The notes under the pieces: generated by a model | What the model was told of the DNA's origin: nothing | Seen by the model: only the letters and a program-made list of their open reading frames with translations | The model's database searches: none | Source: Centroscyllium fabricii | Taxonomy: Eukaryota | Direction of reading: 5' to 3' | NCBI GenBank assembly: GCA_051313645.2 | Contig: JBNRSN020000031.1 | Location: 21,452,001-21,516,000, forward strand | DNA length: 64,000 nucleotides | Program-made: the position numbers and the translations under genes | Part shown: positions 11,613 to 21,462 of the stretch, one piece after another | Numbering within the stretch: position 1 is the stretch's first letter | Layout: the number at the start of each line of letters is the position of its first letter

Positions 11613-12020
11613 AAGAATTAGGAGCAGGAGTCGGCCTTACGGTCCCTTGAGCCTGCTCCTCCATTCAATAAGATCATAGCTGATCTTTGACCTCAACTGC
11701 ACTTTCCTGCCAGATCCCCATATTCCCCGATTTCCCCTAGAGTCCAAAAATCTAGCGATCTCTGTCTTGAATATACTCAATGACTGAGCATCCACACCCC
11801 TCTGGGGTAGAGAATTCAAAAGATTCACCACCCTCTGAGTGAAAAGATTCCTCATCATCCCAATCTTAAATGGCCGACCCCTTATCCTGAGACTATGCCC
11901 CCCTAGTTCGTGACTCTCCAGCCAGCATCTAATCAGCCAAGCCCCCTCAGAATCTAATACGTTTCAATGAGATCACCCCTCATTCTTCTAAACTCCAGAG
12001 AGTATCGGCCCAATCTACTC
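11613..12020 (-). mobile_element. CR1 LINE 3' fragment
   Basis: RNLFTQRVVNLLNSLPQR peptide and CR1 tail on the minus strand. Confidence 0.85.
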
Positions 12021-13268
12021 CGTCTTATCTCACTAAACTTTCCATTCTCATCAGCTCTTCTGAACCACCGTAGAATAGGGGTTGATTTTGGATTTTAGTG
12101 CTTAACATTGCTTTTCCCCCTTTGCTTAGATGCATTTTAAATCAGATTAGCAGGCTTTATTTTAAAAGTTCAATTTCTCGCACCACTTAAATAGCTTCAG
12201 AAATTAGAAATCTGCTAAAAGTAGTCTTTACAAGTATCCAAAAATTGAAGAGGAAGGTTCAGAGGATCCTGCTGATGGTAAATATCTGGGCATGTCAAAC
12301 GCAAACGTTACACTCATTCTTCTTCACTGTCTCTTTACGTCGCACTGTACTGCTTTACCAACTTCCTAGCCATAAGCTTATAAAGAGAATGGAAAAGATT
12401 TATGTTGCTTCTGGTCTTGTGTGTGTTCCATTTCATCTGTGACCGTGTTCAAACATCATGGTAAATGAACAGGGCAGCTCACTGGAAGAAACAGGGGATT
12501 TGTGGTGATGCTGCAGACTGACCAGAGTGCACAACTTGGAAGTTTTGTTTCTTTCTGGTTTCCATATTGATTGATTTTCAGAGTGTTCACTACTGAACAG
12601 TTCACTTGAAGACTTTTGATGTTTTTACAGAGGTATACACTAAAATGGTCAGTCAAATTTATTTTCATTTGCTTTTCTTTTGGCAGAGTGGTGGTGGGGG
12701 GAGGGGAAAGAGTTGGAATTCCTTAAAAGTGGCTCCGAGCTAGGGAAGAATTCAGCCAGTCGCCCCTGCTGGAAAGTGCGGGCGTTGGCGGAGGATAGCA
12801 TTAGGCGCAGCTGTGACACCCAGCACAGCCGAGTAGCCTGTCAACAGTCACTGCTCGACCTCATACAGGAAGAAGGGTCACTTGGGCAAGGTGCTGGAGG
12901 GCTGCCAGTGCCCATGAGACTGTACCCCCAAGGAAGAGACCACGCTTTCAGGGGAGAAGGGAAGAAATAGTTTAAAATAAAACGCTGTTCTTTTGCTCTT
13001 TATTATAACTTAGTACAACAGATGACGGTAAATGTCTAACTTATATAAGGAAGCTATATATGTAAGTATATTTTAGATTTTTTTAAATCTATTTTAGAAG
13101 TAAACGAAAGAAATTAATGTTTAACTGATGTATTTTGCTTGTTTTCGCTCGAAGCAGTGGATTGCCGAATTAATTTTGGATTGGTTACTTTTAAAGGCAT
13201 GGACCTTTCCATTTAATTTTTTGTGAAATTGAAGTTCTTTCTCCCCTTTGTTTAATTGTTTGTAATAG

Positions 13269-13448
13269 GATCTAGACAAAACCCAGGATGAGATAATGAA
13301 ACATCATGCCAGTATCAGTGAACTGAAACGCAGCTTTATGGAGTCTGTACCTGAACCGCGCCCCAGCGAATGGGACAAACGGCTCTCGGTGCACTCGCCT
13401 TTTAGAACGTTGAATATCAACGGGCAAGTTCAATCTGGTACAGAAGGA
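13269..13448 (+). CDS. EPB41: Protein 4.1R exon 17 (SAB domain)
   Basis: aatag acceptor, GGA|gtaagt donor, 180 nt; DLDKTQDEIMKHHASISELKRSFMESVPEPRPSEWDKRLSVHSPFRTLNINGQ is nearly identical to mammalian 4.1R. Confidence 0.98.
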
Positions 13449-13519
13449 GTAAGTTTGATTTTTTTTTTCTTCTTCTGCTTAAAAAGTTAATGTTCTGATA
13501 GTGCACCACAGAACGACCT

Positions 13520-14110
13520 TTTAAAGAGCGGTTTAAAATGATAAAAGAATTCAATAGAGTAGATACAGAGAAGCTATTTCCTCTGGTGTGGGGAATCCAG
13601 AACAAAAGGGCACAATCTTAAAATTAGAGGTAGGACATAAGAAATAGGAGCAGGGGTAGGCCGTTCGGCCCCTCGAGCCCGCTCCGTTGTTCAGTAAGAT
13701 CACAGCTGATCTGATCTTGGCCTCAGCTCCACTTTCCCTGCCTGCTCCCCAGAACCCTCGACTCCCCTGCAGCTCGAATATCTGTCTATCTCAGCCTTGA
13801 ATATATTGACTGACTCGGCCTCCAAAGCCCTCTGGGGCAGAGAATTCCAGAGATTCACGACCCTCTGAGGTAGGCCATTCAGGAGAGAGATCAGGGAACA
13901 CTTTTTCCACTCTTGAGGGCTTGTGGAAATGTGGAATATACCCTCCGAAAAAGCTGTGAATGTTGGGGGGTCAATTGAGATCGGCAGATATTTATGAGGT
14001 AAGGATATGGATCCAAGGCGGATAAATGGAGTTGAGGCGCAGATCAACCATCATCTAATTTAATGGCAGAACAGACTCGAGAGCCTGAGTGGCCTACTCC
14101 TGTTCCTATT
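13520..14110. mobile_element. Nested CR1 3' fragments: a + strand fragment interrupted by a - strand fragment at about 13636-13870
   Basis: QRVVNLWNSLPQR on minus; CR1 tail motifs on both strands. Confidence 0.75.
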
Positions 14111-14167
14111 ATGCAGCTTTTTTTTTTTAGCAGAAGTTTAGAAGCAAGTGGCCTGTATTCCCCTCCG

Positions 14168-14700
14168 TTGTGGTTAGCACTGTTGTCTCACAGCACTGGA
14201 GACCCAGGTTCAAATCCGGCCTCTGGTGACTCACCAGGCTGATACCTGGGATGGCAGGAATGACGTATGAGGAGAGACTGGGTAGACTGGGTTTATACTC
14301 TCTGGAGTTCAGAAGATTGACAGGGGATCTCATTGAAACATATAAAATTCTAACTGGTCTGGACAAACCTGATGCAGGAAGAATGTTCCCGATGATCAGA
14401 GAGTACAGAACCAGGGGTCTAAGGATAAGGGGTAACTCATTTAGGACAGAGATGAGGAGGAATTTCTTCACCCAGAGAGTCGTGAACCTGTGGAATTCTC
14501 TACCACAGAGGGGGGTGGAGGCTAGTTCATTGAATATATTCAAGAAGGATCTGGATGTATTTCTTAAGGCTAGAGGGATCAAGGGATATGGGGAGAGGGC
14601 AGGGACAGGGTACTGAGTTTGGATGATCAGCCATGATCTCATTGAGTGGCGGAGAAGGGTCGAATGGCCGACTCCTGCTCCTATCTTCTATGTTTCTATG
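14168..14700 (+). mobile_element. SINE head fragment joined to a CR1/HER1 3' fragment
   Basis: tRNA-like head at 14168-14231, then ORF MAGMTYEERLGRLGLYSLEFRR... and tail. Confidence 0.85.
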
Positions 14701-14782
14701 GAGCAGGACGAGGCCATTCAGCCCCTGGAGCCTATTCCGCCATTCAATCAGATCACGGCTAATCCGTATCTCACTCCATCTT

Positions 14783-15168
14783 GGGTGGCACGGTGGCACA
14801 GTGGTTAGCTCTGTTGCCTCACAGCTATGGAGACCCGGGTTCAAATCCAGCCTCGGGTACTATCTGTGTGGAGTTTGCACATTCTCCCCGTGTCTGCGTG
14901 GGTTTCCTCCGGGTGCTCCGGTTTCCTCCCACAGTCCAAAGATGTGCGGGTTAGGTTGATTGACCAGGATAAATTGACCCTTAGTGTTAAGGCGATTGAC
15001 TATGTGGGGTTACAGGGATAGGGTGTCGATGCAGGCTCGATAGGGATCGAGTGATATGGGAAGAGTGCAGGGGCGGGGTACTGGGTTTGGAGGATCAGCC
15101 ATGATCTCATTGAATGGCGGAGCAGGCTCGAATGGCCTACTCCTGCTCCTATCTTCTATGTTTCTATG
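14783..15168 (+). mobile_element. HE1-like V-SINE
   Basis: Head, V domain and tail. Confidence 0.9.
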
Positions 15169-15862
15169 GGATGGAGTGAACTTGAGGGAACAAAGATGAT
15201 TGTAGGAGTCTAGCAATGGAGATCATTTTTTATTTTAATTTATAGCTGCTTGTAAAAGTTCTTGTTTAAAAGTGTCTGTCATCGGAACTATATTATGTTA
15301 AATCAAGCCAAGGATAGTATCCCGTTTTATTCGTAGACATGTTAATCAATAGCTCTCTCATTTAATTGAATCTTTTTTGGTGGGTGTTCATTATTTCCAA
15401 GTTATTTTAACATGAAGACTTCAAGATTAAATCCGAAGAAATGAAGTTCCACTTTCGCAAACTACTTACTAACTTTATTCTAGCACATGAGTCATTGCAA
15501 GGCTGGGCAAAGAATACTAATGGTATAAAGCACGTTGGGCTAAGTTTTATTATTTTCATCAGCATTGTCACTCATTTCTTGGCTATATAATTCAGATTTC
15601 AATTGTTGGCAGGTGAATCTGTAAATTATGATTTTCTGCTTTTTAGTCACCATTCCAATCCATGTTCAGGAGAACCAAGGAAGGAATCACATCCTTTGCT
15701 GACAAAGATGTCATTACATCTTTGACCAGTAGTAAAATTTGCTTTTAAAATGCCGCTAAATATTGTTGGTAGCCCTGCAAAAAAAAAATTTTTTAATTCT
15801 GCCCTTTAGCAAAGGTGTTTTTAAAATTTGTCTTTTGGTTGATAAACTGGATAAATTAAGTA

Positions 15863-16178
15863 CAGGTACACAATCCCTTATCCGAAACCTTTGGGACCGG
15901 ACGGGTCTCGGTTTTCGGGATTTTTTGGTTTTCGGATGGTGCGCATTGCCGTGTTGGCGGCCCAGTGCACGGGCGGGGAACAGCTTATCAACGGTTCATT
16001 TCCTCAGCACGGCATCGACAGCAACCTGTAACCTTGCCTTAAGGTAAAAATATCTTTTTTCTCAGTGATAAATGCTGCAGCTGGTCACCTCGTTCAATTT
16101 ATTTAAGAAAAATATAGTTATTTTGGCGCAACTCGGGTTTTCGGTTTTCGGAGTTGCAGTTAAGGGATTGTGTACCTG
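15863..16178. mobile_element. MITE with TA duplication (Tc1/mariner-pogo type, distinct subfamily)
   Basis: Perfect 18-bp TIR CAGGTACACAATCCCTTA flanked by TA on both sides. Confidence 0.9.
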
Positions 16179-17127
16179 TACTGTGTTTCAATAAACATTC
16201 AAAAGGTTTATCGACCACTCAGACATCAAAATAGTGGCTTAGAAAATTTGCCTGCAGTAGAGGAAAAAGGAATCCATTCCGGGTATTGCTCTGATCCCTT
16301 GATAATTAAAAAGTAAAATATATTCCATTCACAGATTAAAATCCCTTCATTCCTGCGAAGGGAGAAGTAGGGGGTGTCTCTCAGTAAAACAACTGTGGTG
16401 GGCATTGTGAGGGGAGGTTGTTTTTAAAATGTGCCCCTCTTGGTGAGAGATGTCATCACTGCAAAATTAAAGATCGTTGTACCCTGTCTGCATCAAGAAG
16501 CCCCACCTGTGTATGGTACAAGTCCGCTGCTTTCTTGGGAAAGATTCCTTTACTCTGCCCAATATTCCTTTACTCTGCCCAATAATATACCTCAAGCTCC
16601 AAATTTGGAAGAGCCTGCATCTACACCAGTATGGCATTTGCATATCTCATAATAGTTCACGTTTTGACCTCTTCTCTTGCGAGAGTCAGTGCAGTATCAG
16701 TGCGATTAAGTAGATTCAAATGCAATCAGATGGGATTGAGATGTTACATAGGACATCAATCAGAACTGGATTTGAACCTAGCTGTAGAAAGGACAGATAG
16801 ATTTTGAACTGTTCTGCTGCATAAAGCCCTGAAACAGTCTTGTTGAAAATATTTACCTTCAGCTAAATTCTTTTCTGTGACCTGTTTAGTATTCATGTCT
16901 AATGTTCTTTCCATGTTTATGGTTGTGTTCTACAAGTTCAACAGAGGACACTTTTCTTGAATATATACCTTGCTTTATGTGATCTTTTGTTTTCTTTTAA
17001 TCAATTAAACCCCCAATCATATTGCAATGCGATAGATGCATCACCTAGTTGGAATCCAGCTTTAAAAAGTGCTAGTACATATGTCAAGCTCGTATTGCTG
17101 TGGCTGCCAAGTCTATATTGATAATGC

Positions 17128-17250
17128 GGAGGTGCCGGTGTTGGACTGGGGTGGACAAATGCAAAAAGTCACACAACACCAGGTTTAAAGTCCAACGTTT
17201 TATTTTAAATCACAAGCTTTCGGCGCGTCTGCCCCTTCGTCAGGCAAAGA
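17128..17250 (-). mobile_element. Penelope-like terminal fragment with a minimal hammerhead-like motif
   Basis: Minus strand reads CTGACGA-AGGGGCAGACGCGCC-GAAAGCTTGTGA; related sequence at about 2789-2845 and 26062-26100. Confidence 0.55.
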
Positions 17251-17454
17251 GAAACTGAAGTCAAAGATCACACACATGGGGGAGGGGAGAAATTTGATCC
17301 CATACATCCAACCCTAGAGCACACAAGCATATTAGCATACCTTAACACCTCAGTCTGCGAACAATGGGGCACAATTGCAAAACACAGTGTGATTTTTTTT
17401 TCCCTTTTTTAAAGTCTATATTGAACCATGTTACTGAGAAAGAGGTGAACTAAG

Positions 17455-18200
17455 GGGAACAATGTCAGAGAGAAGAGAGCTGTTGGTGATAATACTGAGC
17501 ATTGGACCAAAGAAAGTTGTGTGGTCAGAATTTGGGTTAGAAATGGGTCAACGGTATAGGAGGTCGGTGCTGACATGAGTTTGATGAGGGCTGAAGCTGC
17601 ACAAGTGAGAAGCTAGCTAGTGACGGAGAGCTGTGGGAAGCTGAGGCAGTTGACTGGATAGTCTGGAGGGAGCAGAGGAAGGTGGTCAGGAGAGGCAGGT
17701 TCTTGTCGAGGAGTTTGGAATTGTTCTTGCCCGCAAGGATAATCCTGGAGTAGTAAGAGCATTTGGCGACAGAGAGTGAAACGTGCTAATTCTTAATGCT
17801 GTCTCTCAAGGTCTGATTTGGGGATGGTCAGGCCAGTTGTGCACCATGCACCTTCATGTCTGCAGCCCTAAGTGTTAAAGAGGCAGAGTTGTACCAGGGA
17901 AATGTTGGGGGTGAGATTGTTGAAGCAAAAGCAAAGAAATGTTGAAAAAGTCGACCGTGGCAGCAATTCTGTGGTAGGCCAAGTGCAGGAGAGGGGAGAG
18001 GGGGGAGGTGGGACTATTCCACAGGGAATGAGTGAGAGGGGAGTTTTTCCTCCTAGGGTGGAGGGTAAAGTAGAAGATGTAAGATGAGCAAGTGACCAGA
18101 TAAGGTGGCATGGCCTTCTGATGGCAGGGCTAAGGACTTGACTGTGGGTGTGAGCTTGGCAGACAGGGTGCCTGGAGTGGAGCAATGAGAATCCATAGGG
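17455..18200 (-). mobile_element. Old degraded LINE fragment (L2-like)
   Basis: Purine-rich + strand and decayed L2-like coding traces; weak. Confidence 0.45.
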
Positions 18201-19475
18201 CACTCAATCCTGAGATTGCAGCCAAATAAACAGACCAGTAGAGGAGTAGCAGAAGGCAGTTAAATGAATTGAGATGGAGAATTGTGATGGCCGAAGCCGA
18301 ATCGGAAAGTAGGCCATTGAAATAGAGTGGACCATTTGACAGTTGACAGAGAGGGAAAGGAGCCCTGGACCAGAGCAGCAGCCAAAGCGCACACGCAGGT
18401 AAACAAAGAAGTGGCCCTTGTGTTATAAATGCAAATGTTAGATTGGATTGGAACCAATTGGCCCACAAGGCCACTAATGTACAGTTTTCATGAAGAATGG
18501 CAGAATGTGACTCACATTGCACTGGTAAAAACCCTAGAATCGCATGTATAAAAAAAACAGAATTTGACTTCTTCAGCCACCAAACTAGTGGCCCATATTG
18601 TTAACGTGATTCCCTAAAACACCAGTAAAAATCCCAAAACTTAACTTAATAAAAATAGAATTTGACTTACTTGGTCATAAACCAGTTGCACTTTCTATAA
18701 CTTCATTTCACCATTTCCTGATCGGTTTAGAGTTTGTCAGTACACTTAAGAAAAATGCTGAATACTTCAGAAGACAAAAAAAATCCCATTCTTGATCCAG
18801 GTTGAGGTTTCTCATTGGCCGTGTGACTAGTGCTGAGACTGGAACTAGGGTCAGCTGTTTTAGCGCTAATTTCCAGTTACCTGCTCATATAAGATATGCC
18901 AAGTCAAGTCACCATTTCTTTGCAGCCAGTATCCACGTCATGTTCAGGAAACTGAATGAGCTGAACACTATTCACCTTGTTTAGGTGATGCTGTAATTCT
19001 GCCAGTAAAATTCTATCAATAACATCTTTCCTCTGAACTTGGATTTTGAGTGAAAAACACTTTGATTTGCAACACAGGATAAAAATATGAAATAATAGGC
19101 CACCATTTTTCTTAATTAGTAGTAGAAGTTCTTGTCTTTTAAAAAAAAAAAGTATTAAAAAAAAACAAAATCTATTTGAAAAGTAAAATAAAACCTCAAA
19201 GAACAGTTGATATGTTCCTCGAGATGTAAGGTAGCAATCACATGATGATGACTTTTTAAGGAAAATTAAAAGGAACTAACCCTCCCTCAGCGGGATTTAA
19301 TGACTTCAGATCATTATCCACATGGTATGTGATAGAGATGTTTTAAGGAATTAGCTGATCTATATACTTGATAAGAAATCAATCTCGGTGTTGCCATCAA
19401 AACAAGAGTGCATATAATAAATATGTATCCTGTGTATTTGAAGTATCTAAAATGACTAACTTTATGTATGTACAG

Positions 19476-19526
19476 GCCATGGTGATTTCAGGCTTACGCC
19501 CTGAAAAGAAGCTTGATGAGCCAGAG
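19476..19526 (+). CDS. EPB41: Protein 4.1R cassette exon (equivalent to exon 17A), AMVISGLRPEKKLDEPE
   Basis: Branch point TGACTAAC (19453-19460), tacag acceptor, GAG|gtaaag donor; 51 nt like mammalian 17A, ending in PE. Confidence 0.85.
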
Positions 19527-20085
19527 GTAAAGTTGTTACAGTTGTGCTGTGAATGCTAATATTTTATTTGCTCAAGCAGCCCTCATCAATGCTGAATTGT
19601 ATTTTAGTTGCTAGACAACAGGCATCAGTTTTTCAATTCTTACAGTTCCCAAAACTTAACAGTGACGACTTCCACTGCCACAGCTTTAAGAATGCCTACT
19701 AAACAATGCATGGCTGGTTAAAGGTTGCATGAAGAAATGGCCATACATTTTCCAAAAAAAGCTACCAAAATGCAAGTGAACCCTGTTCTGTTATAATATT
19801 TTTACATTTTATTCTTTTTTTTTTTTTCCTTTCCTCCTTGTTTCTGAAAATACACATCACTCTTGCTATCATTCCCTTTTTAAATTTTGAAGTTCAAAGA
19901 TAAAAATCCACGTAGGAGAATCCCTCAAACACAAATCTTCACTACATTCTTTTAATTTTTCCCCCTTCCTCTGCCACTTTTGTGCCCTTTTCTTTTTGCA
20001 CACTTTTTTTTAAAATTTCAAACTTAGTTTTCCATCTTGCATTTGTTCATCTATTTTTTCTCTTGGTCTTCTGTCATGAAAGCAG

Positions 20086-20337
20086 ACAAAGAAAATGCCT
20101 CTGTTAGTACAGGAAGAAGATCAGATAAAAGGAAAGCAGGAAACACCAGGGACTGCGCTTGCACCAGAAAGCAAAGAAGAAAACTCCCAAAAGGTTTCCA
20201 TTCAGATTCCTGATGACAAACCTAAAACAAAACCTTGTCGCCTCTATCCTATTGCACTTCAGCGCCCTCCCATTCCTTTCGTAATGTCATTCCTTCTCGT
20301 GTTTGTTCTGACAATTTGGTGGCTTATCTTAATATGA
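20086..20337 (+). CDS. EPB41: Candidate alternative terminal exon of 4.1R encoding a C-terminal hydrophobic (tail-anchor-like) segment
   Basis: Long pyrimidine tracts plus AAGCAG acceptor; phase 0 and open for 83 codons; ends IPFVMSFLLVFVLTIWWLILI*; possible internal donor AAG|gtttcc at 20193. Confidence 0.6.
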   Translation, partial: TKKMPLLVQEEDQIKGKQETPGTALAPESKEENSQKVSIQIPDDKPKTKPCRLYPIALQRPPIPFVMSFLLVFVLTIWWLILI

Positions 20338-21012
20338 GCAGAGTTTTCATTGGAAGCTGTAACCTAAATCTTTCAGGCCTTGTTCTTTTTTGAGCTGTAT
20401 TTTTTAATTCTACGTTGTACTGATGAATTCCTCTCTTTAAATGAAAACCCTTGTCTAATTTATATTTCCTACTTATAAAACTGTGTGCTGACTGTTATTT
20501 ATTTCTTTAATTCTGTTACATTGAGTGGAATGATTTTTCCTCTTCACTTGTAAAGCCGTCCACCTGTATTTGTTCTGTGGCATGCTGTTGCCATTTGTAT
20601 TTTGATTCAATGCAGTATTAATGGAAATTGTAACTTTTGCCAAACTGCTTCATATTTCTCATCCCGTCGACCTGCTGGTTTAAAGGGCATTTATCTAACT
20701 GCTGTCTCGCAAAGGGTTTAAAAGATAGCGATTGCACTCTTTGAATTTCTGTCAAACTTATGGTATTTATGGAATAATGCCACAAACCCCTTTCAGTGTG
20801 GATATGGTGTATGTATTTCTTTATCCTGGTTTTTAAATGAATACTTTAATTTTGTATACTGTATATATAATATATTTTAAAATGGTGCTATGCTGTAAAC
20901 AGACGATTGTATTTTGAACATTACTGACAGAAGAGTCTAATATATTTAGCATTTACAGCAAAAATACATTTTTTTCAGCTTTAGTTGATGAGAAGAGGTG
21001 AATAGCCAAGTA

Positions 21013-21348
21013 CAGCAAACTTTTTTTTAAATCCGGCACCGACTGGACCGGCGTGGTGCCGGTTTATCAAAAAGTCCGGATTACAGAGAGGTATAGTTAA
21101 AAAGTATGAGAGCCCCGTACGCAACAACAAATCCAGGCGTCCTTGTTGCTTAGCAACAGGTGCAGGACCCCCGGCCACAAGATCCGGCGTCCCTGTTGCT
21201 AAGCAACAGGTGCAGGAACCCTGGTTACATGGCCACAGATCCAGCAACGGCCACTAATATGAAGTAAAACTTACTTGAACCAACGCCTGAATTTTGTTGG
21301 TTAAGAGATTTCCGGTCATTTAGGTACTGGTAAATCGAGAGTTTCCTG
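21013..21348. mobile_element. Degenerate MITE (CAG...CTG, TA flanks) with internal X-box-like repeats
   Basis: TA at 21011-12 and 21349-50; imperfect TIR CAGCAAACT/CAGGAAACT; internal repeated GTTGCT(T/A)AGCAAC units. Confidence 0.7.
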
Positions 21349-21462
21349 TATTCTAAAACCCCATGTAGGTTTGTTGCTCTGTCTGCATTTAACTCATCTA
21401 CAGAATAGATCCTTTGATATTGCTGCTTTAGAATGTTGTTAGTCCTGAAATTATTATTGATA

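Noticed and set aside
13449-13490. Exon 17 read-through giving the hydrophobic tail VSLIFFFFFCLKS
   Set aside because: The hydrophobicity comes from a poly-T run, it is too short for a TM helix, and the donor GTAAGT is strong.
15647-15748. ttttag acceptor followed by a 33-codon open frame
   Set aside because: No convincing donor, and this length is expected by chance.
16431-16652. 73-aa ORF starting PLLVRDV, vaguely like exon 18
   Set aside because: No convincing acceptor or donor and no recognisable homology.
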